DNA of 64,000 bases from Lytechinus pictus. Taxonomy: Eukaryota. Below the pieces are notes generated by a model. The model searched no databases. It was not told the origin of the DNA and worked only from the letters and a program-made list of their open reading frames with translations. Below are positions 26,601 to 39,693 of this stretch, one piece after another (position 1 is the first letter of the stretch; each line of letters begins with the position of its first letter). The stretch is taken from contig NC_087252.1 in the NCBI RefSeq assembly GCF_037042905.1, forward strand, positions 10,976,001-11,040,000, written 5' to 3'. Both the position numbers and the translations under genes were made by a program.

Positions 26601-29600
26601 TTTGCAGAAATGTAATAAATAAGATAATTAGTTGTGTAACTTCTTATATGTTTCGATGGGGATAGGCTTTAATTTGTCAGGATTTCTCTCCATTTAATCT
26701 TTATGCCTCCTTTATCTTAGGACGTTAATGAAAAGAGAAATGTAATATTCAGCAAAAGCGCCCCTTTTACAGAAGGGGCGTTATTGAAAGGATATTTTAA
26801 ATAGACGATAGAGTCAAGTGAAAGTGATGGGGCTACTTAAAATAGTAAAGGGTATATGCTTCAATGTACCAGGACGTCTTTTAATGCAACCTTTAGAACA
26901 ATATTATCCTCTGTATTTTTTTCCAAAAGATCAGTGGAAATGATAGCGATGTAAAACTACAATAATGCCCTTTTCTGTCTTTCTCAAATTTTTCTAAGAG
27001 CAGAGGAGGTTTCATAAATATATAACTTGTTTTGCTAACTGTGACATCGCAGCGTTTAGGAAACTCTAAAAGTTTCGGACTGTGAAATCTAAAACTCTAA
27101 AAGTTTCTTTAACTGTGGGAGCAACGTTTGTAAATATAACCCTCATTTTGTTAGAAGAGAATCAATTTAGTTGATACAAGCAATTAAATAATACTGTCTT
27201 GAACTATATAATTATAAAAATTCTAATTAGCATAATATGAAAAGTTGTATAGTTCTACACCCAACAAACTGTTCTACCTGTATTTAATTTTCTCTTCATG
27301 TCATGATGAACGTAAGTTTTAATTGGGAATCAGGTATAAACTGCGAAAATTAGCCATTTTATGTTCGAATTTGCATAATGTATGATAATTTATGCATAAT
27401 TTATGCAAATTAGACTACAATATGGATGGATAAACAGCTCGTTGGTAAATGTTTTCTATTCCTCCATCCATAGAAAGTTAATACTGAGTACATGCCTAAT
27501 TTTGGTGATTGCAGTTTTTTTTTACACTATTCATGGAATTAGTATCGGGTTAACTCATTAATATGTATTTATGGTAATAAGTGGTCATTTGCATAGATGT
27601 AGTGAATTCCTTGTGCCCGAATACTTTCTAATAACCCTATTTAACACATATATAATTATTTATTAAGCTTAGATCATAAAAAATCACACAAAAGCTTAAT
27701 GTAGTACTAATTTGCATAATCTATGCAAATTATGCACTAAATATCACAAACAAATGAATTTAACGCAAATATTGAATATCACAAAGATATATTTTCTCAT
27801 GTACAGTTTCTTAAATTCCTTTCATCATCATTAGATTGTCCCGAGTAAGACATGTTTGACTATTAAAGCGGTTTTTCTAATGTTCAGAGCATTTTGCATT
27901 TTTATGCATAAAGTATGGTAATTAGGGATTATTTGCATATTTCAAAAATTTCGCTTGTCCAATGTCTTTCCCACATCCTAAGACACATTTCTACCAATTA
28001 TTATTTACATACCACATATATTGATACTTTTATTTAATTTAGATTACACAGGATCATTTGAAAGAGAGGCACTTTTTATTGAAAATGTGTATAATTTATG
28101 CAAATTAGGTAATGAAATGTATGGTTACCGCATTCTTTTTTCATTAGTTTTCTAATGGACTAATGTAGTAAGCACAATAGAGGAAGGTGGCCTAAATATG
28201 TTAGATGTTGAAACAAAAGTTGCGTCGTTGAATTTATTTTGGCTTTGTAAATATTTGAGTGATGAGTTAAACCCTGGATGAAAATGTATGTTTGATTACT
28301 GGTTTCAGCAACTGGGTGGTATAAAAGTTATTATGAATTGTAAATATAATATTAAAAACAAATGTTTTTTGGAAAACAGGATGCCTTATTTCTATTATAA
28401 CTTGATATCAACGTTTTTCTTATTAAAAAGGTATAACTATTCAAGAAATATTCAAGCAGATATACAGGATAATTATAAAAAAGAAATGATTTGGCTAAAT
28501 AAAGATATCTTATATAAAGGGAAAATGTTATTTTATATGAATTGGATAAACTCTGATATTTTGTTTGTGGGGGATTTAATGGATGATAAGGGTTTTCTAC
28601 CTATAGATAAGATTAGCGCTAAAATAGTAGTTAAGGACGGAAGGTGGTACAGCCAGTATGCTCGTATACGACAGGCTATTGAGTTATGTGGCAACATGTC
28701 TCTTTTTTCTAATACAAGTTTATTACAAAATAAGTATTCGGAATTTAGATCCAATGTTAATGTATATAATGATATTCGATTGGTTGATAGTATTATTTCA
28801 TTAAGTAAATTGACAGTTAGGAAAATATATTATGAATTGATCCAAGTAAAAACCGAAGAATCTAGAGCAGAGGAATTTTGGTGTAATACCTTAGTATTTG
28901 ACTGTTTACCAATTTGGACAGATGTTTGGTTATTTAAGTTAAAGTTAGTTAAGGACAATGTACTGGTCAATTTTAAGTTCATGTATAATATTTTGGCAAC
29001 ACCAGCTAACCTTTTTAGATGGAAATTAAAAGAAAATGACCAATGTTTTTACTGTGATCAAAAAGGTGATTGCAGTCAGATGTTTTTCTCTTGTAACATA
29101 ATAATAATATTTTGGAAAAAAGTTGAAGAAAATGTAAAGAAATATATTTTGCCAAATTTTCATTTCCAGCCATGTCATATATTATCAGGAATTTCATTTA
29201 GATCAAAAAAAGAAAAAAAATGATGCAGATATAATTTTGAACTAGGCTTTATATACCATTTATAAATGTTTCGCTGGAAAAGAATCTAAAAGGAAAATAA
29301 CGATTCAAAGGCTGTTTAATATTTTGTTTTACCTAGTAAGATATCGTTTACAGATAGAAGAAAATGTGAAATCCAGAAAACCATGTATTTCCCTCCAGAA
29401 ATGGAGGCAAATGTTGGCACTGTGAATATATTTTGTTTGATAAATAAAGAAGACCAGCAATGATTATTTTACCAAAAAAAAAAAAAAATAGTTTTCTTTT
29501 GCTACTTCCACAAACGATTTGCATCAAATTTGACTTTTTGTATGAAGTATCTTTACATTTTTACAAGTGTTTTTAGTAACTTACTCATTTTAGAGGCTAA

Positions 29601-29762
29601 TTTACATAATTTATGCTAATTAGGGTTAATTTGCATAGATACAGAGTGTCTCTTTGGATAAAAATTTTCCAATGGGTTCAAGGAATATACATGCCAAGAG
29701 GCACATTTGTACTAAAACAATGCAGCGTTCACCCCTTTTTTTTGCAGTTAACAAGTCTACTA
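23619..29762. mobile_element. Large decayed DNA transposon with about 140-bp imperfect TIRs (TAG terminus; possibly Academ-like)
   Basis: TAGTAGACTTGTTAA..GAACGCTGCATT..ATCCAAAGAGACA..CTGTATCTATGCAAAT at the left end and its reverse complement at the right end; many ATGCAAAT motifs; hosts a Tx1/L1 insertion. Confidence 0.7.
28154..29488 (+). mobile_element. 5'-truncated L1/Tx1-clade LINE (ORF2 C-terminus, decayed)
   Basis: EEGGLNMLDV..., WLNKDI, zf-RVT-like NILATPANLFRWKLKENDQCFYC...FFSC; AATAAA; poly(A) 29474-29488; TSD TAGTTTTCT (28145-28153, 29489-29497). Confidence 0.92.
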
Positions 29763-30256
29763 TTATTCCATTGTCAAGAATCGCAAAAGTATGTTTCTGG
29801 ATGACCATGTCGATATAATCCTAGCAGTTAATTTCAAGTGGTATTAAAGCACAATATTCACTGAATACGATACATATCCCCATTATTATCCTGATATGCT
29901 TCCGTTAATGTTGTCAGCACTTAATAAAGCAATGTCATTTTGAAAGCATTCATAGTAAAGGCTTACGGCCTATTTCAGTTCAAAGAATGACGTTGCCGCG
30001 GTAGCCTGTCAAATTAAAGTGGAGTCGTAATAAACCTGTCAAATTAGTTGATAGGCTCATTACAGAAAGAGTTGTGTTTAAATGAAACTCGAAGAATTGA
30101 TGGCAAGTCAAGAATTGACGATTCTCATATGTTAAAAATCATGTTGGGTGTGATTTTCTAGAGTTGCATTTGATTGTAAAGCCTTAGGCAACGAGCCCCT
30201 GAAATGATGCGCTAAGTGCTTCCTGTAATAATGTAGAGCCTCCGTTTGGAGCCCTG

Positions 30257-30385
30257 GGTCCCGTAACACAAAGGTTAGCAATTAATCGCACGCTTGATTT
30301 TCATGATTGATCATACATTGTAGTCAATAGAATCAATCGTATAAAAATGTTATACGATCATTGCTAAGCTTTGTGTTACGGGCCC
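30257..30385. mobile_element. MITE, PIF/Harbinger-like (3-bp CTG TSD), upstream of GPCR2
   Basis: 26-bp TIR GGTCCCGTAACACAAAGGTTAGCAAT (2 mismatches); TSD CTG; empty site visible in the paralogous GPCR1 upstream region (GGAGTCCTGCTTTTG). Confidence 0.93.
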
Positions 30386-30563
30386 CTGCTTTTGATATTT
30401 ACCCTGACGAGTATATTTTTTAAGAGGATGTCGAAATGATCTCAGAGCATTTGGTCGATCCTCATATGTACATAAAATATAAACTACGAATTCGTTGATG
30501 CCCGACCTGCCAATATCTCAAGGTGTTTTTACACCAAAATTGGTCAATTAACAACCATTAACA

Positions 30564-31502
30564 ATGATGGCCATCGACATCTTTATATGTTTCGTATTTG
30601 TTTTCACCGGTTTTCTCGTCTTATCGACAAATGTCTGTTCTCTCGTTATCCTTCAGAAACATTGGAGTATATTTGAAGATGTCCCACGATTTCTTTACCG
30701 GTGTATTGGAGTAGTGGACTTAATTAGCGGGCTGTCAGGATGCACGTATCAAATTCTAAAGAGTGTTGAAAATGGCTGTCCTTTTTCCACGAAGCTGGAC
30801 CTAGTCCTGCGCCTGACATTCTATTATGGGATAATTTTATCTGCCATTGCAATTTCTGGTCTCAATGTCGACCGATACATCGCAATAGCCAAACCACTAC
30901 GTTATTGGTCGATCGTGAACATCCGTCTTGCCTCATTTTGTTTCGGTTTAGCTGTATGTGTCGCCTTATTCTTCCTAATCTTCGGCTTGGTACCTGGAAC
31001 CACCGTCTACAAGATGGCTACTACCGAAATGAACACATGCAACAATGAGACCTTATCGACTTTAAACTTTACTTCTTCGGAAATAGTAATAATCGGCTCA
31101 CTTTTTGCCCTGTGTCTCTTACCAATATGCATTGGGATAACCTTGAGTGTAAAAACAATGGTTATCGCTACTAGGCAAGCTCGAGCCATTGCAGCACAAG
31201 CCGTTCCTCCTAGAATTGTTGGCATTGGAGCGGTTGGACCTCGTAGGGCTAAACTCAAAGGCGTTAAGACTGTTTTGATCATCAGCGTTGTGAATTTGAT
31301 TTCATGGGTACCAACCATTTTACAAATGTGCCTTGCAATTGCAAAGAAGGACTATGAAATTCCAAAAACTCTTTACGTTTTTCTTAGATTTTTAACACTC
31401 GTGAATTCCTGGAGCAATGCTTACGTGTTTGCTTGGACCAATGCTGCCTATCGCCGAGCGGCTCGGGACAGCTTTCGATCAATGCTCTGCTCTAAAATAT
31501 AA
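30564..31502 (+). CDS. Single-exon class A GPCR, 312 aa, paralogue of GPCR1 (GPCR2)
   Basis: Colinear with GPCR1; DRYIAIAKPLRY, SWVP, NSWSNAYVF; about 550-700 nt of upstream sequence also duplicated. Confidence 0.95.
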   Translation: MMAIDIFICFVFVFTGFLVLSTNVCSLVILQKHWSIFEDVPRFLYRCIGVVDLISGLSGCTYQILKSVENGCPFSTKLDLVLRLTFYYGIILSAIAISGLNVDRYIAIAKPLRYWSIVNIRLASFCFGLAVCVALFFLIFGLVPGTTVYKMATTEMNTCNNETLSTLNFTSSEIVIIGSLFALCLLPICIGITLSVKTMVIATRQARAIAAQAVPPRIVGIGAVGPRRAKLKGVKTVLIISVVNLISWVPTILQMCLAIAKKDYEIPKTLYVFLRFLTLVNSWSNAYVFAWTNAAYRRAARDSFRSMLCSKI

Positions 31503-31611
31503 GTATAGTGCCTATATATAGGTACTACTTACGATTTGGCTGCATGCAACTTGCCTTTTGCGTGAATGAACAACTGACCAGAGACTCCATCCCCAAACAC
31601 CGTCTGATCTG

Positions 31612-31755
31612 GGCCCCGTAACATAAAGATTAGCAATGAATAGTAGTTCTGATTGGTTCCTGGTCAGTATTTTGCGCCAGATTTGCATGTAACATTGATC
31701 TTGATTGGTCAGTTCAGTTAGCGATTGATCGCTAATCTTTGTGTTATACGGAACC
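31612..31755. mobile_element. MITE of the same TIR family as 30257-30385
   Basis: GGCCCCGTAACATAAAGATTAGC ... GCTAATCTTTGTGTTATACGGAACC; CTG on both flanks. Confidence 0.85.
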
Positions 31756-32867
31756 CTGGAGATTCTCCCACCCCGATCCCCTAGCAAACTGAGACTCCAA
31801 CTTGATGTGCGCGAGCGAGAAGTCCCTCACTCAGGCAAATTTTTCATGATGGCACTAAGTAAATAACAATGCAATGAATCAACTCATACATTTGGCCTAA
31901 TAAAGCTTATTTCCATATATCATTATTCATCATGCATGCAAATGAAATTGATATGCATCTACAAAGCCAAACATTTTTGCGATACACTTACACGTATCAT
32001 ATCAACAAGTGAAGACATATTGAATACTATTTATTTATTTATATTTATTGATTTCTGATATTTATACAGGGTGGCACATATCACCAATTTGGTGTTCATC
32101 CATGTGGCCCTGTTATCAAAAGAACAAATTATATTAATAATGAAAATATTAGGCAGGTGATGAACAAGAATACAGCAATAAATAATATGTACAGACACAA
32201 AATATATGTAAACATGACTTGTTATTAAAAAGAATATGGTATCCTTCTGAATTATGTTCATTTGATAATCAATTTTGACAAATTGAATCAACTTTGGGAA
32301 TTTAAATTTTGAAGGTAAAGCATAAAATAACATAGCAATAAATCAGAATGAACAAGAAATTACCAAGAATGATTATCAGTCAGTTCTGATACCAATTATT
32401 TCTCATATTTACATTTTCACTACATTTGGATTGCTCATAAGACCGCGGAAAATTGCAGCATTGACAAGGACCGTGTCTAAAAATAAGATATGCATAATTA
32501 TAGTTTCTTTAAAGTTTACATAATTATGCTTATTTCCTTGGAATTAATTTACACCTCATCTGCAGATAACAAAGATTTCAGATTGTATTTAAAACTTTGC
32601 AAAGTAGGTGACATTTTGATAGAATTTTCTAGTTGGTTCGATACTGTTATTCGTGAAATTAAGAGATCATGTTTGTGCGTATCTGTCCTAACTTTAGGTT
32701 TTCGCAATGTATCCTTTACAACATGTCTTGTACAGTGATCATGTAGCGAGCTGACCTGCTTTATAATATTATTCTTTAAGTATGTTGGTGCCATGTCATG
32801 CATTGATTTATACATCATCACTGCACGTCCAAACTGGAAACGTGTCTGAGTAGGCAATGGTAGGCAT

Positions 32868-33911
32868 CAGGCGCGGATCCAGGAGGGGGCCGAGCCGGCC
32901 CCGGCCCCCCCCCCTATTTTTTGACAACCTGCAGAAAAAATTTACTCTTTAACTTGATAGAAACTATGAAAAACAGAAAGAAAAGTAAGAAAGACGTATA
33001 TCATGCCCATGATGTGTAATTTACAGCCTCGTAGCCCCGAAAAGAAACAAGAAAAAAGTGAGGGGAAGAATTGGAAAATAGACTTTATATAGTCTATTTT
33101 TCGCTCGCGCTTTGCGCTCGCATTGCCTGTGTAGTGAATCCCATTCAAGAGGATTAAATGGCACTTATATATCCAGTTCTGAAATCAATTTGCACACAAT
33201 ATTTTAGCTCGCACATCAAGCTTTCATCATTTTGTTTGATTTACAGAAATTGTTTATATATATCAAAATTTTCACCTCGCATTGTTTGATTTGTGAGTTA
33301 CCTATCCTCTTTGAAAATTCTTACCAAAATTTGTAAAAATGCTCCTTTATCATGTCAGTATATCAAAAAATTAAGCTCGTGCTTCGCGCTCGCATTTAAT
33401 TGTTTGAGACACAGCTTGGACTTGAGACACAGCTTAGACTTTTCCAGTTTTCAGGTCGGAATATCAAAAATTTTGAGCTCGCGCTTCGCACTCTCATTTA
33501 ATTGGTGAATGGTGATACTTGTATTCTCTCCATTAATCACTAAGAAAACAGTCCTAATTGAGTCCCTTTTCATGTTACTATCATAAAATTTAGGCTCGCG
33601 CTTCGCACTCGCATTGTTTAGTTGGATACTTATCTTTTTTTCATGATTATAAAATCTCCTCAGAATCTTCAGGTCTAAGGACATAAATATCAAAGAATTT
33701 GAGCTCGCGCTTCGCGCTCACATTATATATTAAGACCACATGAGCTCCCCTATCTTGTTTATAACAATAAAAACTAACTTATACTTAAAACTTCAGTCTT
33801 TAGTTAGGACTACCCCTTGAAAAAAAATCAGATTATAGCGGCCAATCGAGAAAAATGTTAATGAAAATATTTTTCGGCCCCCCCTATTGGCGAAAGCTGG
33901 ATCCGCCCCTG
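32868..33911. mobile_element. Non-autonomous DNA transposon with 5-bp TSD (hAT5-like), related to 13818-16585
   Basis: TIR CAGGCGCGGATCCAG / CTGGATCCGCCCCTG; TSD GGCAT; same CTCGCGCTTCGCGCTCGCATT internal repeats. Confidence 0.88.
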
Positions 33912-36798
33912 GGCATCCAACCTAACCTACTAAACATGTCTTTTGAAGGCACATCAAATCCTTCTCCAAACACTATACGTGCAGCTCGTTTTTGAACCTT
34001 TTGTAATTTGATAGTTTGTCTTTGAAAGCTCTCAGACCAAATTGAGGAACAGTAATCAAAATGTGAAAGAACAATGGTGGTGTAAAGGAGTTCCAGACAG
34101 GGTTGGCATATTTCCCGCTTCGGAGGCTTATTTCCCGGACGCCGGGAAATAAGCGGTATTTACCGCTTTATTCCGGTATTTACCACTTTTCACTGGGAAA
34201 TACCGGGAAATATAATTTTCCACTCACTTCTCTATAGGGATTGTCAAATTTTGAACATAAAAACAAAGGTGGTGAGTATGGTTGCTCTGGTGTGTACCAT
34301 TTTCATGAATACCTACATGTACATGTATTAATGAGCATAAACTTGTATTAGCATATGAACAAAATGCCGTGTGCTTCAAAATACATAAATATTATCATAA
34401 ACATTTGGGACCCCATTTTCATTGTCAAATTCTTCAATTTCTCTGTCATCCTCATTGATGTCACTATCTCTGCTATATCCTTCTTCGTCATACATGTATA
34501 TCGAGAATATCCTTGTCTCAATGTGCACCAGACGTTCTTTTGAAATTTTGTTGATCTCACTATGACTGATTAAAAAGAGAAGCTATTGTAAAGGGAAACA
34601 ATGGAGCGTACTCCAAGATTGATTTGTTTACAATAGCTTTCAATCAATATGAATATGACAAACTGTACAAGTTAATTATTTTACATTTCCCATGAAACAT
34701 TCAGTAGCTAAAGTATGTCAATTATGTTGTTATTGTTTTCATTTTATATTTCTTAAAGGAAACAACTTTTGACACCTCTTTCCACTTTTGTGTACATTAG
34801 TAAAAGTTATGCTTTTTAATTTTTGTGTTTGGCTGTTTGCTTTGTTTGTTAAACTTCTTTTAAAAGTTATATTAAAAGAGTTGCAACATTAAAAATGGCA
34901 TAATACGAGTTGTGTAATTTTTTAGGCTACAAAAATATATTTTTCTGTAAGCAATATCAAAATTCAAAACCAGCAACCACTAGTACACACTGATACATGT
35001 ACACACTAAAACTCCTTACAATACATACAGTAGAATACTGAGCTTTATTCACACTTAAAAACAAAAATCATATTGTAATGAGATACAATGGCATGTAAAA
35101 AGTTAAACCCCGGGAGAAATATTTGTTTATGTTTTAATATGATTATTCAATTTCCAGGAACACAATTTGAGTTTGTGTACGTATGTGTGGACTTAGATCC
35201 TATGTGTGTTTGGGTATGTACATGTATGCAGCGCCAAGGGTTAATAAGATAAGACTTAAGTAAATAAACTAGACAACTTTGAGGTTACGTGTGACTGTCT
35301 TTAATGACCATGGCCAAGATACCAACACTAGATGGCGCGCTTACAATTTGCGGTTGCAACATCGAATCATCATAATACAACATACTGGCGTGACTGCCTT
35401 TTACTTTTCTCTCCTCTTTTACAATATAATCTGTTTAACAAAATCATGATGATTCGTAACTAGCTCACTATTAAATAAAAAGGGTTAGACCTCCGTTGGT
35501 GTAAAACTCTAATAAATCTAAACACCAATGTATCATAACGAGTTAAATATTAAACTAATATATTAATACAACAAAGGTCACAATTCAAATAACATCAAAT
35601 GGCATCACTACTTCCCATCTCCCTCCATCATCAAGAAATGGGAAAACCACATTTGTGGGCTTAAAAAGGTGTAAACAACAAATCATTATCCCTATCTAGG
35701 CATCAAATTATCAAAAGTAAAATGTTGACCCACTCTACTCCAAAATACAAGGCTCAATTAATGCTATGCACTAAAAATCAATTCCCGACACAAATTAAAC
35801 AACCATAAACTCGCATGAAAAGGAACAAAACGCATATGGGCAAATGGTTCAAATAATGAAAAAAAAAACAATACTCTCTCAGTGCAAAGTATCCACATAA
35901 CAAATAGACTAAACACAGTTTGACAGCCTCATCCTAAATAGCAAATGTCTGTGTATCATAAAACAGAACGGCACAAAAAGTACTGAATCATAAGCAGTTC
36001 CATACCATTCCAATGAAATCACAAAATACTTGCAAAAAGGGAAATGGATAAAAGACAAAAAACAGCCATGTACCCAAACCTTATGACTATTTAACTACAT
36101 GAAGTTGACACGCGGACTCAATATCACTAGGCATAATGCATGATATACATGAACATACAATGACTGAAAACAAGGGCATATACATCATTATTCAAAACAC
36201 AATAATTCTAATTAATATCAGAACAAAACAGAAATCATTTCCCAAACATCACAGTAGGCATATATTAAAGGACGAGTAAATATTAGATAAACATCACCAG
36301 TATGACATCATAAAAACATACCACATCCATAAAATTAACAACACACATAACTGGCAAAATCACTCACCCAAAATACATCACAAAAATTAATGACAAACAT
36401 CATGAAACTGTTTATAGTGATCAACCAAAATCACATATCAAAATACAATCCTGTAACATAAAAATACCTGCAAAGGAATATAATGAAACATCCCAACATA
36501 AAATCACAATCAAAATCACTATCAATAATATAAACAAGGCACTTTAAAGCATGTCAATTGAAGCAAAATATACCTGCAAATAAACATAAAACAAATCATC
36601 ATGGTAATTGGTATATGAAATCAATTAGGCATCGGTTAATAAATAACTCAAAGGACATATCCTAATCAAGCGATGAAACTCCTGTTTTAGTCCGTTCCTC
36701 ATAATCATATGATAAAATTAAAAGTCCAATCATAATAAAAACATTCACATCTGCAATGGTCACTATCCAACACATGACTCCGTCAATTCTTGGGAAGG

Positions 36799-38907
36799 CT
36801 AGCCGAGCGGAAATGGACTAAAGTAACAAGTCTCTGTACCGTCGATATTCAGGCGAAAATGGCCTAAACCGCGAAGCTCTTCCACTAGGGGAGACAGACC
36901 AGCAGGACCATGCCCTGGGTTAGCATGTGGCCGGTCTGGCGGACGAGTGCAACGACAACCTCCAGGAACCAAGGGAGAAAGACCAGCAGGACCATGCCCT
37001 GGACTAGCATGGGGCTGATCTGGCGGACGAGCAGGACATCCTTCAGGGACAGACAGATCAGCAGGACCATGCCCTGGAATAGCATGGGGCTGATCTGGCT
37101 GACGAGCCTGATGACATCCTTCAGGAGTGGACAGATCAGCAGGGCCAAGCTCTAAGGCAGCAAGGGGCTGATCTGGAGGGCGACTATGGCAAGCGACATC
37201 AGTCCAGATGGAATGAACGTGCTTATTTGCAATTGAGACGCTAGCCGAGTACGGACATTCAGTTGAAGGCGACGCTTGCAGGGTGAACGACCGAAAGTTC
37301 TGCGAAATCAACCCATCCACGACAAACGGTACCCGTGCCAGATAGATAGCTTGCGAAGTAGAGCTACTGCTGCTGACGTTAGCCGGGCACAGAGGCATAG
37401 CGGTTACCCCGGTGCTTGCATGCTCCGTGGCTGTGACTCGCGTCGAAAGGTAACACCGAATCGGCCGATGGTGTAACGGACACGGTATCAACACTACTGG
37501 GAGTGTCAAACCTATGATCAAGAGGCAGCACGGTACCTCCACGGTCAACGACACGGTTGCTACCAATGCAGCGATCCAGTAGCATATCAGGCGACATGTT
37601 AGGCAATACCGTCACGTCAGGCAAAGTTGTCAAATCAGACAATGTCAAGGTAGGCGAAACTGTCACATCCGGCAAAGTCAAGTTAGACAAAAATGTCACA
37701 TCAGACGAAGAGTGAGAAACATAGTTCCGACTATATAAGATCCAAATCAAGGGAATCTGTGAAACTTGGTTTGGTTTGGTTTTATTTACCGTATAAAAAT
37801 CACAATAAAATACATTTCACAAGATATTACATTAAATATGAATATATAAACATGCACATAAAAATATACGGATGGATCACTCTATTCAGAGCCATTGATA
37901 TAATGGCTCTGTTCTTCCTAGAGGTCCAGTTTGTAGATCACGTTGGATTGGCAACAATCCCAAAGTAACAAAGACTGAAAATCATCGGCAGACAGTGGAG
38001 AGCAACTCAATCCACTCGGAGTAGGAGAGGCAACATTGCCATGCCAACAATCAATGCAATGAAGTGAAGATGTTCTTAAATCACTCAAACATGAAACTGG
38101 AGAACAAGAACTGCTTTCATGAGTGTCTTTAACTGTACACTCTCGGAACAATGAGGGCACACTGGCATTGGTATCCAGACCAATTACATTACTAACATTA
38201 GACCCTACATTATCTTTCCTTGTTTCTTTTACGTCTCTCATGTGACCAATAATCACATCATCTACATTAGCTTTATTTACCACACCAACATTAGCATCAT
38301 GTCTATTTTCCTCATTCCATTGTTTCACATCACACTGGTCACTTTCATAAACCAGACAATCACTAGTTGCATACTCAACCTCTTTATTCCATCCTTTCAT
38401 GTCAGCACTGTTTGTTATATACACCTCACCATCACTAGTCGTGTATCCATAATCTGTATTACATTGTTTCACATTAACAATGTTAGATTCATTACCTCCA
38501 CCATCACTACTCTCACAACCACCATCTACATTGCATGGTTTCATTTCACCTTTGTTAGTTTCATGCACCTCACCATCACTAGTCAGGTATCCATCATCTG
38601 CATTACATTGTTTCACATCAACTATGTTAGAGTCATGACCTCCACCATCACTACTCTCATAACCATCATCTACATTGCATGGTTTCATTTCACCTTTGTT
38701 AGTTTCATGCACCTCACCATCACTAGTCTCATCTCTTCGGTCTTCATTCCGAGATTTACAACTATTACTTTTAGATTCATTCATCTCCCTATCACTTGTC
38801 TCGTATCCAACATCTTCTTTGTGTATGTTTACTGGTGTGACCGTGGTCCCTAATGTAACATGATTATTAATTCCATGACTATCATTCATTTTACTCTCAT
38901 TCTTCAC
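36799..38907 (-). pseudogene. Disrupted repetitive ORF(s) of the LTR element (acidic ~25-aa repeats; PPDQPHAxPGHGPA repeats)
   Basis: ORFs 37918-38907, 37379-37750 and 36799-37566, broken by a LINE-tail insertion and a frameshift. Confidence 0.55.
37769..37928 (-). mobile_element. Short 3' tail of a LINE or SINE inserted in the LTR element
   Basis: Stem-loop CAGAGCCATT atatc AATGGCTCTG, AATAAA and (CCAAA)n tail on the minus strand; truncates the host ORF. Confidence 0.7.
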
Positions 38908-38967
38908 ACGTTCCCGATCAATGAGAGTGTGCGTTGTAATTGAATGTATGCCAGCGAGATCAACATC

Positions 38968-39450
38968 TCAAAAACATGGCGGAGCTGCTTGAGATGACGA
39001 AGCATAGCAAAAAGTAGCAAACATGATCAACTGCTTGGAGGGGCGAACCGAAATATCGTTCTGCTCCATAAATGGAGCCCCAGCAACAATACTGTGAGAA
39101 CCACGCAAGTAGTCATCATGGACTACCACACCATCAAACCAAAGTTCACAACCATCATAGAATAATGTGAACTGAGTCACACCCACAATGTGGGTCTGAT
39201 CGACGAGACTAACAATGGACACATCATCAACAATGTATTCATCAAAACCAAAATCATCAACAAGAATCTGGACACCAATATCATCTGCTACAGATTCAGT
39301 GATTAAATTGAGCTGTGATCCGCTCTTCAATTCAACATTAATCCGCGAATTATCAATTGTGCGGGCACAAAAACAAGGTTTATTTAATATCTGCCTGCTA
39401 GCAGAAAAACTGGCGCAACCCTGATGGTTGCGACGACCTGCTAGCCGCAT
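38968..39450 (-). pseudogene. Retropepsin-like (Gypsy protease) ORF with the catalytic Asp replaced
   Basis: VELKSGSQLNLI (DSG to KSG) and IVAGAPFMEQNDISVRP; in frame with ORF 37918-38907 across one TGA. Confidence 0.65.
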
Positions 39451-39693
39451 CGTGAACGGCTGCCGCGGCGGTCAACGCGGCCCTGGCCATGGTACGGTAT
39501 ATGTGGGACTACACAAATTTATCTTCCGACTTCGGGAAGTAACCCAACCTCTCGTCTACCACCGATAATATAAAACACGGCGTGCCTAGCCCCAATTTAC
39601 AGGGTGAAATTAACTTAGGATGGCTTATTTATTTTCGATGGGTGGATAGAATCCAGCTGCCACCACGCCAAGGGTTAATAAGATAAGACTTAA

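Noticed and set aside
28288..29223. 311-aa ORF as a host gene
   Set aside because: Part of a 5'-truncated Tx1/L1 ORF2 with an upstream stop, poly(A) tail and TSD
30257..31755. GPCR2 moved as a composite transposon between two related MITEs
   Set aside because: Homology with GPCR1 extends well upstream of the first MITE and each MITE has its own TSD, so they are independent later insertions
38242..38853. 203-aa hydrophobic + strand ORF
   Set aside because: Antisense shadow of the repetitive minus-strand ORF in the LTR element
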